Of a DNA stretch of 58,375 bases, positions 41,533-50,706 are shown in pieces. Below the pieces are notes generated by a model, which worked only from the letters and a program-made list of their open reading frames with translations, was not told the DNA's origin and ran no database searches. Source of the DNA: an uncultured Alphaproteobacteria bacterium (GTDB lineage Bacteria; Pseudomonadota; Alphaproteobacteria; JAAXGF01). Position numbers and translations under genes: made by a program. Where the stretch lies: the NCBI GenBank assembly GCA_964475385.1, contig CAYYWV010000002.1:1-58375 (forward strand). Direction: 5' to 3'. Numbering within the stretch: the stretch's first letter is position 1; each line of letters starts with the position of its first letter.

Positions 41533-41901
41533 ATGGCCTACGACGACAACAACGTCTTCGCCCGCATTCTGCGGGGCGAGATTCCTTGCGAGCGGGTCTA
41601 TGAGAACGAGCACGCGCTCGCCTTCAAGGACATCAACCCCCAGGCCCCGGTCCATATCCTGGTGATTCCCAAGGGGCGCTATGTCTCGATGGACGACTTC
41701 TCGGCGCGCGCGAGCGAGGCCGAGATCGCGGCCTTCGTGCGCGCGATCGGCCATGTCGCCCGCGAGGCGGGGGTCGCCGAGAGCGGCTATCGCTTCCTCG
41801 CCAACACGGGCCCCGACGCGCACCAGGAGGTGCCGCACTTCCACGTCCACGTCTTCGGCGGCCGCCGGCTCGGGCGAATGGTGAGCCCGCCGCGCGACTG
41901 A
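41533..41901 (+). CDS. HIT-family (histidine triad) protein
   Basis: ORF track 41494..41901, trimmed to ATG 41533. Sequence shows NVFARILRGEIP and the triad HFHVHVFGG. Confidence 0.9.
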   Translation: MAYDDNNVFARILRGEIPCERVYENEHALAFKDINPQAPVHILVIPKGRYVSMDDFSARASEAEIAAFVRAIGHVAREAGVAESGYRFLANTGPDAHQEVPHFHVHVFGGRRLGRMVSPPRD

Positions 41902-41927
41902 AAAACCCCCGTCGTTCTCTTTGCCTT

Positions 41928-41966
41928 GCGCGCGGCCGTGGTATAGTCGGGCCGCGGCGCGCCTTT
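41928..41966 (+). terminator. candidate intrinsic terminator after the his-HIT operon
   Basis: GC-rich hairpin: GCGCGCGGCC (41928-41937) pairs with GGCCGC(G)CGCGC (41950-41962) with one bulge. It is followed by CCTTTG. The T-tract is weak. Confidence 0.35.
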
Positions 41967-42018
41967 GCGCCGTTCATACAGGGACAGGAAAACGAACGAA
42001 AACGCGGGGGACACCCAC

Positions 42019-43014
42019 ATGCTTCGATTGCTTTCGGTCGCGCTCGGCGCGGCGCTCATTCTGTTCGGCGCGGGCTCGGTTCAGGCCGAAACGGTGCTGC
42101 GCGTCACCCTCCAGCTTCCGATCAAGAGCTCGCTCGGCCAGAATCTGGTCGCCTTCAAGAAAGAGGTCGAGGCCGCGAGCAAGGGCGACATCAAGATCGA
42201 GATCTACCCCTCGGCCCAGCTTTACAAGGACAAGGAGGTGCCCCAGGCGGTCGCCTCGGGCGCGATCGAGATGGGGACCGCCTCGATCACCCGCTTCGCG
42301 GGCACCATCCCGGCGGTCGACATCTTCTATGTGCCGTTCATGTTCAACGACTGGGACGCGGTGGCCAAGGCGACCGCCCCCGGCGGCCCGGTCCGCGGCC
42401 CGATCGACGAGGCCATCCTCAAGACCGGCGCGCGGCCCTTGTGGTGGCAGGCCTTCGGCTTCGCGATCATGCTGTCGAAGGACAAGCCCCTCCGCCGGCC
42501 CGAGGACATCAAGGGGCTCAAGGTCCGGGTCTTCGGCAAGACCCTCGGCGAGTTCATCAAGGCGGTGGGCGCGGTGCCGACGCTGATGTCGGGCTCCGAG
42601 CAGTTCCTCGCGTATCAACGCGGCACGGTGGACGCGGGCATGACCGCGATCAACGCGGTCAAGAGCCGCAAGCTCTATGAGGTGATGGACTATCTCACCG
42701 TCACCAATCACGCCGACGTCGAGTTCGTCGTGCTGATCAACGAGAAGGTCTGGCAGGGCCTGACCCAGGGCCAGCGCGACATCCTCACCGCGGCGGCGCG
42801 CAAGGTCGAGAAAGACCTGCGGACGCAGTACGCCAAGATCGACGCCGAAGCGCTCGACTTCATCGCCAACAAGACCCGGATGAAGGTGGTGCGGATCTCC
42901 GACGAGGACCGGGCCGCCTGGCGCGCGGCGACCCGCTCGGTGGTCGATACCTACATCAAGAAGGCCGGCCCCTTGGGCGAAAAGCTCGTCGCGGCCGCCC
43001 GCGCTCTGCAATAG
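42019..43014 (+). CDS. dctP: TRAP transporter substrate-binding protein
   Basis: ORF track 41965..43014, trimmed to ATG 42019. It has the signal peptide MLRLLSVALGAALILFGAGSVQA. DctP-family fold, and it is followed by Q and M subunits. Confidence 0.9.
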   Translation: MLRLLSVALGAALILFGAGSVQAETVLRVTLQLPIKSSLGQNLVAFKKEVEAASKGDIKIEIYPSAQLYKDKEVPQAVASGAIEMGTASITRFAGTIPAVDIFYVPFMFNDWDAVAKATAPGGPVRGPIDEAILKTGARPLWWQAFGFAIMLSKDKPLRRPEDIKGLKVRVFGKTLGEFIKAVGAVPTLMSGSEQFLAYQRGTVDAGMTAINAVKSRKLYEVMDYLTVTNHADVEFVVLINEKVWQGLTQGQRDILTAAARKVEKDLRTQYAKIDAEALDFIANKTRMKVVRISDEDRAAWRAATRSVVDTYIKKAGPLGEKLVAAARALQ

Positions 43015-43074
43015 GACCATGACCGTCCGGTCCCGGGCGCGGGCCTCCGCCCCGGGGCCGGGCGACGCCGCGTC

Positions 43075-43593
43075 ATGCTCAAGACGATCGATCGAATCAG
43101 CGACGCCTGCGGCGTCCTCGCCGCCGGTCTGTTCTTCGTCATCGGCGGGATGATCTCTTACGAGGTGGTCGCGCGCTATGTGTTCAACGCGCCGACCATC
43201 TGGTCGGAAGAGATGTCGCGCTTCGCCCAGATCTGGGCCACCTACCTGGCCGCGGCTTACGTGCTCCGCCACCGCGGGCTGATCGCGATCACCGTGCTCA
43301 CCGAGCGGTTGGGCGCGCGCGGCCAGCGAGCGGCCGAGGCGTTTTCGCTGCTCGCCATTCTCGTCTTCGCGTCGGTGACCATCGTCTACGGGGCGGGGAT
43401 CGCCCGCGAGTCTTGGGAGATCGGGCGCGCGACCTCGACCATGCTCGCGGTGCCCAAGTGGATGACCGAAAGCGCGATCCCGGTCGGCGTCGGTCTGCTC
43501 GCGGCCCAGGCGCTGGTCGAACTCATACGCCTCGCGGTTTCGGGGTCGACATCGGCGACGGGCGCGGGCGCGGACACGATCGAGCGCCTGTGA
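43075..43593 (+). CDS. dctQ: TRAP transporter small permease
   Basis: ORF 43075..43593. Four TM helices, and WSEEMSRFAQIW is typical of DctQ. Confidence 0.85.
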   Translation: MLKTIDRISDACGVLAAGLFFVIGGMISYEVVARYVFNAPTIWSEEMSRFAQIWATYLAAAYVLRHRGLIAITVLTERLGARGQRAAEAFSLLAILVFASVTIVYGAGIARESWEIGRATSTMLAVPKWMTESAIPVGVGLLAAQALVELIRLAVSGSTSATGAGADTIERL

Positions 43594-43624
43594 AACGCGC
43601 TCGGCCGACAGGGCGGGACGCGCC

Positions 43625-44899
43625 GTGACCGCCGCCCTCATCCTCGTCGCGCTGATCGCCCTTCTCGTCACGGGGCTCCCGATCGCCTTCGCGCTCGGGT
43701 TGCTCGGGCTCGGCTTGCTCGGTCTCGCCGGGTTCTCGCCGGTGATCGTGCCCCAGGCGCTCTACGGCGCGGTCGACAACTTCATTCTGCTCGCGGTGCC
43801 GTTGTTCCTTCTCATGTCGAACGTGCTCCTCAAAGGGGGCGTCGGACACGATCTGTTCGCCGCGGCCCAGAGCTGGGTCGGCCACTGGCCCGGCGGCCTC
43901 GCGATCGCGACCATCATCTCCTGCGCGATCTTCGCCGCGATTTCGGGAAGCTCGGTGGCGACCGCGGCGACCATCGGCACGGTCGCGATCCCCGAGATGA
44001 TCGCGCGCGGCTACGACCGCCGCTTCGCGCTCGGGCTTCTGGCGGCGGGCGGCACGCTCGGCATTCTGATCCCGCCCTCGATCCCGATGATCATCTACGG
44101 CGTCGTGGCCGAGGAATCGATCGTCTCGCTGTTTCTCGCGGGGATTCTGCCGGGAATCATATTGGCGGCGCTGTTCATCGCGTATTCGGTGCTCGCCGCC
44201 AAGCTCGGCGGGCGCTGGACGCCTGTGCCGCGGGCAAGCGGGGCCGAGCGTCTGCGCGCGAGCCTGCGCGCGTTGCCCGCGCTCATCCTCGCGCTGATCG
44301 TGATCGTCGGGATCTATGTCGGCGCGTTCACCCCGACGGAGGCCGCCGGCGTCGGCTTCGCGCTCGCCCTTGTGCTCACGGCGTTCGTCTTGCGAACGCT
44401 CGACTGGGCGGGGCTCAAGGCGGCGGTGATGGCGAGCATGCGGACCACGGTGACGGTCTTTCTCATCATCGCCGGCGCCAAGGTGTTCGCCAAGGCGATC
44501 ACGCTTTATCGAATCCCGCAGGACATCTCGATAGCGATCGCGACCTATGTGGCGACGCCGGGACTGTTCGTGCTGGTGGTCTGCGCCGTTCTCCTGGTCA
44601 TGGGCTTCTTTCTCGAAGCGCTGTCGATGCTTTTGATCATGGTGCCGGTGCTGCATCCCTCGTTGATGGGGCTCGGGATCGACCCGATCTGGTTCGGCAT
44701 CATCTTCGTGATCATGATCGAATGCGCGCTGATCACCCCGCCCGTAGGCCTCAACCTGTTCGTGATTCAGGCCGTCGGCAAAGCCAACATGGTCGACGTG
44801 ACGCGCGGCGTGTGGCCGTTCATTCTCATCATGCTGGGGACCATCGCGCTCCTCTATGCGGCGCCCGATCTCGCGCTCTATATTCCTTTCCGGCTGTGA
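43625..44899 (+). CDS. dctM: TRAP transporter large permease
   Basis: ORF 43625..44899 (424 aa, GTG start). Polytopic protein of the DctM family (AISGSSVATAATIGTVAIPEM). Confidence 0.93.
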   Translation: MTAALILVALIALLVTGLPIAFALGLLGLGLLGLAGFSPVIVPQALYGAVDNFILLAVPLFLLMSNVLLKGGVGHDLFAAAQSWVGHWPGGLAIATIISCAIFAAISGSSVATAATIGTVAIPEMIARGYDRRFALGLLAAGGTLGILIPPSIPMIIYGVVAEESIVSLFLAGILPGIILAALFIAYSVLAAKLGGRWTPVPRASGAERLRASLRALPALILALIVIVGIYVGAFTPTEAAGVGFALALVLTAFVLRTLDWAGLKAAVMASMRTTVTVFLIIAGAKVFAKAITLYRIPQDISIAIATYVATPGLFVLVVCAVLLVMGFFLEALSMLLIMVPVLHPSLMGLGIDPIWFGIIFVIMIECALITPPVGLNLFVIQAVGKANMVDVTRGVWPFILIMLGTIALLYAAPDLALYIPFRL

Positions 44900-44936
44900 C
44901 GCCGCGCATTCGAACCGCCTGTCTCGGGAGACGCCC

Positions 44937-45800
44937 ATGAGCCCCGCCGCCCGCCTTCGCGCCCTTCTGGACGCGCCCGGTTGCCGCGTCATGCCCTGCT
45001 GCTTCGACGCCTTATCGGCGCGCCTGATCGAACGCGCGGGCTTTCCGCTCACCTTCATGAGCGGGTTCGCGGTGGCCGCGGCGCGCCACGCGTTGCCCGA
45101 TACGGGGCTGATCTCCTACGGCGAGATGGTCGATGCGGGCCGCGCGATCTGCGACGCGGTCTCGATCCCCGTGATCGGCGACGGCGACACCGGCTACGGC
45201 AACCCGCTCAACGTCAAACGCACGGTCGCAGGATACGCGCGGGCGGGCTTCGCCGCGGTGATGATCGAGGACCAGGTCGCGCCCAAGCGCTGCGGGCACA
45301 CCGCGGGCAAGGAAGTGGTCTCGCGGGGCGAGGCGGTGGCGCGCATTCGGGCCGCGGTGGACGCCCGCGACGAGGGCGCCGATATCCTGATTCTCGCCCG
45401 GACCGACGCCCGCGCGCCGCGCGGCCTTGACGAGGCGCTCGAACGGATTCGCGCTTTCGACGAGGCGGGCGCCGACATCCTGTTCCTCGAAGCCCCGCGC
45501 GACGAGGACGAGATGCGCGCCTTTTGCGCGGCGAGCGCGCGGCCCAAGATGGCCAACATGGTCGAGGGCGGCGCAACCCCGATCCTGCCGCCCGAACGCC
45601 TCGCCGAGATCGGCTATCGCCTCGCCGCCTATCCGCTCACGCTTCTCGCCGCCGCGGTGCGCGCGATGGAGGACGCGCTCTGCGCGCTCGCCGCCGGGCG
45701 CGCGCCCGAGCGCCTTACCCCGTTCGCCGAGCTGCGCGCGCTCGTCGGCTTTCCCGACTACGACGCGGCGCTCGCGCGCTATGCATCCGGCGACGATTGA
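44937..45800 (+). CDS. isocitrate lyase / PEP mutase superfamily enzyme (specific activity not assignable)
   Basis: ORF track 44856..45800, trimmed to ATG 44937. Sequence shows IPVIGDGDTGYGN, AAVMIEDQVAPKRCGH and ILARTDA. Confidence 0.85.
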   Translation: MSPAARLRALLDAPGCRVMPCCFDALSARLIERAGFPLTFMSGFAVAAARHALPDTGLISYGEMVDAGRAICDAVSIPVIGDGDTGYGNPLNVKRTVAGYARAGFAAVMIEDQVAPKRCGHTAGKEVVSRGEAVARIRAAVDARDEGADILILARTDARAPRGLDEALERIRAFDEAGADILFLEAPRDEDEMRAFCAASARPKMANMVEGGATPILPPERLAEIGYRLAAYPLTLLAAAVRAMEDALCALAAGRAPERLTPFAELRALVGFPDYDAALARYASGDD

Positions 45801-45895
45801 GCCTTCCGCCCGGGAGCGATTGACATCCGCGCCAGAGGATGGTGCAAAGGACCGGGCGGCCGCGCAAGGCGGCCCGCGCAGCGAAAGGAAGGGCT

Positions 45896-46381
45896 ATGAC
45901 GGCCGATCCTGAAAACACCCTTTATCTCGACCTCGAATCGGGGCGCGTCACGATCGCGCTTCGGCCCGATCTCGCGCCCAACCATGTCGCGCGGATCAAG
46001 GAGCTGGTGCGCGAAGGGTTCTACGACGGCCTCGCCTTTCACCGGGTGATCGACGGCTTTATGGCCCAGACCGGCGACCCGCGGGGCGACGGCACCGGCG
46101 GCTCGGGCAAGAAGCTCAAGGCCGAGTTCTCGGACGCCAAGCACGTGCGCGGCACGGTCTCGATGGCCCGCGCGCAAGACCCGGACAGCGCCGATTCGCA
46201 GTTCTTCATCATGTTCGACGCCGCCCCCTATCTCGACGGCCAGTACACGATCTGGGGCGAGGTCACGGACGGCATGGAGCACGTGGACAAGATCAAGCGC
46301 GGCGCGATGGACCGCAACGGCGCGGTCGCCGATCCCGACCGCATCCTGGCCATGCGCGTCGCCGCCGACGTCGCCGACTGA
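45896..46381 (+). CDS. ppiB: peptidylprolyl isomerase (cyclophilin type)
   Basis: ORF track 45839..46381, trimmed to ATG 45896, which has AAGGAAGG upstream. Sequence shows FYDGLAFHRVIDGFMAQTGDP and SQFFIMF. Confidence 0.93.
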   Translation: MTADPENTLYLDLESGRVTIALRPDLAPNHVARIKELVREGFYDGLAFHRVIDGFMAQTGDPRGDGTGGSGKKLKAEFSDAKHVRGTVSMARAQDPDSADSQFFIMFDAAPYLDGQYTIWGEVTDGMEHVDKIKRGAMDRNGAVADPDRILAMRVAADVAD

Positions 46382-46574
46382 TCCGGCCCGGGCTTTTCGC
46401 GCTGGGCGCCGGCCGTTCGCGCCGGCGCACGCACGCCGCGTGCCAATAGCCATGCGCGCGGCGAATTCCTGCGATGCAGCATCGTATGTGGAAGACTCTC
46501 TGTCGAAAGCGCATCTTTTGTGTGCACCGCAATATCGCGGCGCCCCGACAGGGGTTCGAGCCAGGAGGTTCACG

Positions 46575-46961
46575 ATGTCGTCGCAGTCCTATTACGCCTT
46601 TCGAGACGCCATGGAGGCCGCTGCAAACGGTCGCGAGATGGATTTCTCGGCGCGCTACGTCCATGCGCGGACCATACGCTCGCGCTATCTTGCCGGGCGG
46701 ACGCGCGCGCTGATCGAACGGGTGCGGCGCGCCCTCGCCCGCCGTCGCTTGCGGCGGGAGACGATCCGCGAGCTCGCCATGCTCGACGACCGGATGCTCG
46801 AAGACATCGGGATCAGCCGCGCCGCGATCCCCGAGGTCGCCGAGGCGCTCGCCCGCAAGGCCTTCGCCCGGTCCGAGACGCCGCCTGTCCGGACGCCCGT
46901 CCGGACCGCGCCGGCCGCGCCCCGCGCGCCCGCCAACGACGACATTCCCCGCGCCGCGTAA
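46575..46961 (+). CDS. DUF1127 domain protein (long form, 128 aa)
   Basis: ORF track 46440..46961, trimmed to ATG 46575, which has AGGAGG 7 nt upstream. The DUF1127 core reads RRETIRELAMLDDRMLEDIGISRAAI. The C-terminal tail is Pro/Ala-rich. Confidence 0.7.
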   Translation: MSSQSYYAFRDAMEAAANGREMDFSARYVHARTIRSRYLAGRTRALIERVRRALARRRLRRETIRELAMLDDRMLEDIGISRAAIPEVAEALARKAFARSETPPVRTPVRTAPAAPRAPANDDIPRAA

Positions 46962-46987
46962 GCGCGCTTTTGCCTCCGAACCGTGAG

Positions 46988-47011
46988 ACGGCGGCCTCCG
47001 GGCCGCCGTTT
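46988..47011 (+). terminator. candidate intrinsic terminator downstream of the DUF1127 gene
   Basis: 9-bp perfect stem ACGGCGGCC / GGCCGCCGT (46988-46996 / 47001-47009) with loop TCCG, followed by TT. The T-tract is short. Confidence 0.4.
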
Positions 47012-47030
47012 CGCATCCCCGGCTTAAGGC

Positions 47031-48557
47031 TCAGCGCGGCAGCGCGATTCGCCGGTAGCTGAGCGCCTCGGCGACATGCGCGCGGCCCACCGTCTCCGCG
47101 CCGTCGAGGTCCGCAAGCGTGCGCGCCACCCGTAGCACCCGGTGATAGCCGCGGGCCGAGAGCCTGAGCCGCTTCGCGGCCTCAGCGAGAAGCGCGCGGC
47201 CTTGGCCGTCGGGGGCGGCGACCGCCTCGAGCGCCTCGCCGTCGACCTCGGCGTTCACCCGCACCGGCCGGCCCGCGCCGTCGACGAGCCCTCGATAGCG
47301 CTCGGCCTGGATCGCGCGCGCGGCGGCGACCCGGGCGGCGACCGCGGCCGAGCCTTCGGCCGCCGGCGGGAGCGAAAGGTCGGCCGGGTTGACCTCGGGC
47401 ACGTCGACGTGGAGGTCGATCCGGTCGTAGAGCGGGCCCGAGATGCGCGCCTGATAGTCGCGGGCGCAATGCGGCGCCCGCCGGCAGGCGCGCTCGGCGT
47501 CGCCGAGATAGCCGCAGCGGCATGGATTCATGGCGGCGACGAGTTGGACCCGGGCCGGGTAGGTGACGTGCAGCGCGGCGCGGGCCACGGTGACCCGCCC
47601 GGTCTCCAAGGGCTGGCGCAGCGATTCGAGGACCGCGCGCGGGAACTCGGGCAGCTCGTCGAGAAAGAGAACCCCGAGATGCGCGAGCGAGACCTCGCCC
47701 GGCCGCGCCCTGGGGCCGCCGCCGACCATGGCGGCGAGCGACGACGAGTGATGGGGCTCGCGAAACGGCCGCCGCCGGGTCAGCCGCCCGTCGGCGAGCA
47801 TCCCGGCGACGCTCTGGATGGTGCTGACCTCGAGCACCTCGGCCGCATCGAGCGGCGGCAGAAGTCCCGGAAGCCGCGCCGCGAGCATCGACTTGCCCGC
47901 GCCCGGCGGACCGATCATCAGAAGGTTGTGGCCGCCCGCCGCCGCCACCTCGAGCGCCCGCTTGGCGGTCTCCTGGCCTTTGATGTCGGCGAGATCGGCG
48001 TAAGCGCCTTCGTCCTCGGCGAGCGCCGGCGCGGGCGGGCTCAGAACCTGGGTGCCCTTGAAGTGGTTGATCAGCGCGAGCAGGTTCGGCGCGGCCAGCA
48101 CCTCGGGCCCCGCCGCCCAGGCCGCCTCGGCCCCGTTGGCCGCCGGGCAGATGATCCCGCGCCCGCGCGCGCTCGCCGCGATCGTCGCCGGCAGCACGCC
48201 TGCGACCGGCAACAGCGCCCCGTCGAGCCCGAGCTCGCCGAGGGCGGCGAAGCCGTCGACCGCATCGGACGCAACAGCCCCCATCGCGAGCAGCAGGCCG
48301 AGCGCGATCGGCAGGTCGAAGTGGCTGCCTTCCTTGGCGAGGTCGGCGGGCGCGAGGTTGACCGTGATCCGCTTGGGCGGCAGCGCGAGCCCCAGCGCGC
48401 CCAAGGCCGCGCGCACGCGCTCGCGCGATTCGGCGACCGCCTTGTCGGGCAACCCGACGATGGCGAAGGCGGGCAGCCCCGCCGCCATGTGGACCTGCAC
48501 GTCCACCTCGCGGGCGTCGATGCCCTGAAACGCCACCGTCCCCACATGCGCGACCAC
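47031..48557 (-). CDS. YifB/ComM family Mg-chelatase-like ATPase
   Basis: ORF track 47031..49451, trimmed to the in-frame GTG at 48557 (VVAHVGTVAFQGIDAREVDVQV). It has the Walker A GPPGAGKSMLA and GVLFLDELPEF. The upstream 298 codons overlap gshB out of frame. Confidence 0.92.
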   Translation of the reverse strand: MVAHVGTVAFQGIDAREVDVQVHMAAGLPAFAIVGLPDKAVAESRERVRAALGALGLALPPKRITVNLAPADLAKEGSHFDLPIALGLLLAMGAVASDAVDGFAALGELGLDGALLPVAGVLPATIAASARGRGIICPAANGAEAAWAAGPEVLAAPNLLALINHFKGTQVLSPPAPALAEDEGAYADLADIKGQETAKRALEVAAAGGHNLLMIGPPGAGKSMLAARLPGLLPPLDAAEVLEVSTIQSVAGMLADGRLTRRRPFREPHHSSSLAAMVGGGPRARPGEVSLAHLGVLFLDELPEFPRAVLESLRQPLETGRVTVARAALHVTYPARVQLVAAMNPCRCGYLGDAERACRRAPHCARDYQARISGPLYDRIDLHVDVPEVNPADLSLPPAAEGSAAVAARVAAARAIQAERYRGLVDGAGRPVRVNAEVDGEALEAVAAPDGQGRALLAEAAKRLRLSARGYHRVLRVARTLADLDGAETVGRAHVAEALSYRRIALPR

Positions 48558-48628
48558 CGGCCCCGCCTCCCTTTCGCAATGCGCGCCGGGGTCGAGTATA
48601 GGATAGAACGTTCGGTGAACGCCAGGGC

Positions 48629-49582
48629 TCAGCGCCCGATCCGGGCCTCGATCGCGTCCCAGATGCGGGCTTCCAGCGAGACGCCGTCGAAGCGGTCGAT
48701 CTCCTGGATGCCGGTCGGCGAGGTGACGTTGATCTCGGTGAGGTAATCGCCGATCACGTCGATGCCGACGAAGATCAGCCCGCGTTCGCGCAGGGTGGGG
48801 CCGATGGCGGCGCAGATCTCGCGCTCGCGCGGGGTCAGCGTCGCCGGTTCGGCCCGGCCGCCCACGTGCAGGTTCGAGCGGGCCTCGCCGGGCGGCGGAA
48901 TCCGGTTGATCGCGCCCGCCGCCTCGCCGTCGATCAGGATGATGCGCTTGTCGCCCGCCCGCACCTCGGGCAAGTAACGCTGAACGATGATCGGCTCGCG
49001 CGAGAATGCGGTGAACATCTCGAGGAGCGCGTTCAGGTTGTCGTCGTCCGGGCGAAGGTGAAAAACGCCCGCGCCGCCGTTGCCGAACAGGGGCTTGAGG
49101 ATGATCTCGCCGTGCTCGGCCCGGAACTCGCGGATAAGCGCGGCGTCGCTGGTGATCAGCGTCGGCGGCATGAGCTCGGGAAAGCGGCAGACGAACAGCT
49201 TCTCGGGCGCGTTGCGCACCGCGACCGGGTCGTTGACCACGAGGGTCGCGGGATGGATGAGCTCGAGGATATGGGTCGCCGTGATATAGGCCATGTCGAA
49301 CGGCGGGTCTTGGCGCATGAGCACCACGTCGAGCGTCGACAGATCGATCCGCTCGGCCGCGCCGAAGCTGTAGTGGTCGCCCTTTTCGCGCCGCACCTCG
49401 AGCGGGTGCGCCCGGGCCATCGCCCGGGTTCCCGACAGCGACAGATCGCAAGGCAGATAGTGATACAGCCTATGGCCGCGGCGCTGGGCCTCGAGCGCGA
49501 GCGCGAAGGTCGAATCGGCGTCGATGTCGATGCCGTCGAGCGGGTCCATCTGGATCGCGACCGCGAGCGTCATGGCGCGCAC
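48629..49582 (-). CDS. gshB: glutathione synthetase
   Basis: ORF 48629..49582. Sequence shows [33 protein letters not shown] and [24 protein letters not shown]. Confidence 0.96.
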   Translation of the reverse strand: MRAMTLAVAIQMDPLDGIDIDADSTFALALEAQRRGHRLYHYLPCDLSLSGTRAMARAHPLEVRREKGDHYSFGAAERIDLSTLDVVLMRQDPPFDMAYITATHILELIHPATLVVNDPVAVRNAPEKLFVCRFPELMPPTLITSDAALIREFRAEHGEIILKPLFGNGGAGVFHLRPDDDNLNALLEMFTAFSREPIIVQRYLPEVRAGDKRIILIDGEAAGAINRIPPPGEARSNLHVGGRAEPATLTPREREICAAIGPTLRERGLIFVGIDVIGDYLTEINVTSPTGIQEIDRFDGVSLEARIWDAIEARIGR

Positions 49583-49601
49583 CCGGCTGCGGGGCGGCTC
49601 G

Positions 49602-50201
49602 CTAGCCCGCCCCCTGGTTCTTCAGCCGGACGTGGCTGATGACCTCGCGCACATGGGGAATGGTGCGCGCGTGGTTGGTCGCGCGTTCGAGCTCGGCCTT
49701 ATCCTGGGCGACGCCGAGCATGTAGACCACGCCGTTGACGGTTTCGATGTTGTAGTTGAGCGATTCGATCGACTTGTCGAGAAGCAGCTTGCTTTTGAGC
49801 TGGGCGGTGATCCAGACGTCGCGGGCGTAGTCGGTCAGGCTCGACTTGTCGGTCACCTGAATCTCGTTGATGACCTCGCGCACGCCGTCGACCTGCCAGG
49901 CGAGCCGCACCGCCTCGATCCGGTCCTCGGGCTTGCGCACCGTCCCGGTCAGCAGCACCCGGCCCTCGTGAACCTCGACCCCGACGTCGCTGAACAGGTC
50001 GACATCCTTGGCGAACAGGGAGCCGTTGAGGGCGGCGTAGATCACCGTGTCGTCGACCGCTTCGCCGAGGCTGCGCTCCTCGGCCGCGGCGACGCCGACG
50101 GCGGCGCCGCCGCCGACCACCGCGGTCGCGCAGCCCGTGAGCGCGAACCCAATCGCAAGGACGAGCGGGACAAGAACAGGAAAACGATCAGACGAAGGCA
50201 T
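49602..50201 (-). CDS. BON-domain lipoprotein (OsmY/DolP-like)
   Basis: ORF 49602..50201. It has the lipobox FALTGC and two BON-like repeats ([30 protein letters not shown]). Confidence 0.85.
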   Translation of the reverse strand: MPSSDRFPVLVPLVLAIGFALTGCATAVVGGGAAVGVAAAEERSLGEAVDDTVIYAALNGSLFAKDVDLFSDVGVEVHEGRVLLTGTVRKPEDRIEAVRLAWQVDGVREVINEIQVTDKSSLTDYARDVWITAQLKSKLLLDKSIESLNYNIETVNGVVYMLGVAQDKAELERATNHARTIPHVREVISHVRLKNQGAG

Positions 50202-50346
50202 GGTCCTCGGTCTCCAGGGAGTATGGCTTCATTGCGTGCGAGGCCCGGGCGCGAAGGGCCCGGGAAGCGCTGCGCGGCCGCGAGCCCGCGGCATCCTAGC
50301 ACGCCCGCCGGTGGTTGCGAACCGGATCGCGCCGCCCGGCCCACTC

Positions 50347-50706
50347 TCAGGGCCGCCAGGCGTCGGCGAGGCGGCGGGGCAGGCGCCAGGGCCGCACGAC
50401 CATCAGATCGAAACGCAGATCGCAACCGGCGAGCGCCGGATTCCGCGCGACGAAGAGCGCCGCCGCCCGCGCGATCCGGCGGCGCTGGCGGGCGTCGGGC
50501 GCGGCCGAAAAGGGGCTGTCCCGGCGCGCCTTGACCTCGACGAAGGCGATCACGCGGCCGCGCCGGGCGACGATGTCGATCTCGCCGGCGGGCGTGCGCA
50601 AGCGCCGCGCGAGGATGCGCCAGCCCGTCGCCCGCAGGGCGAGCGCGCACAGCCCTTCGGCCCAACGGCCGAAGCGTTCGGCCCGGCGGCGGGCGCGATC
50701 GCTCAT
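50347..50706 (-). CDS. yraN: YraN-family (UPF0102) endonuclease-like protein
   Basis: ORF 50347..50706. Sequence shows GEIDIVARRGRVIAFVEVKAR and LRFDLMVV. Confidence 0.85.
   Translation of the reverse strand: MSDRARRRAERFGRWAEGLCALALRATGWRILARRLRTPAGEIDIVARRGRVIAFVEVKARRDSPFSAAPDARQRRRIARAAALFVARNPALAGCDLRFDLMVVRPWRLPRRLADAWRP

Noticed and set aside
46551-46570. tRNA-like T-loop sequence GGGGTTCGAGCC upstream of the DUF1127 gene
   Set aside because: The flanking bases cannot form the T-stem, and no acceptor or anticodon arms are present. It also overlaps the AGGAGG ribosome-binding site of the DUF1127 gene.
47031-49451. 806-aa ORF suggesting a large fusion upstream of the ComM/YifB ATPase
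   Set aside because: The first ~298 codons overlap gshB out of frame and are Arg/Pro-rich. The conserved YifB N-terminus (VVAHVGTVAFQGI...) begins at the in-frame GTG at 48557. The same logic applies to the extended ORFs 34131..36044 (hslU over hslV), 20934..22397 (hemH over hemE), 54298..55563 (rdgB over rph) and 35712..37607 (hisB).
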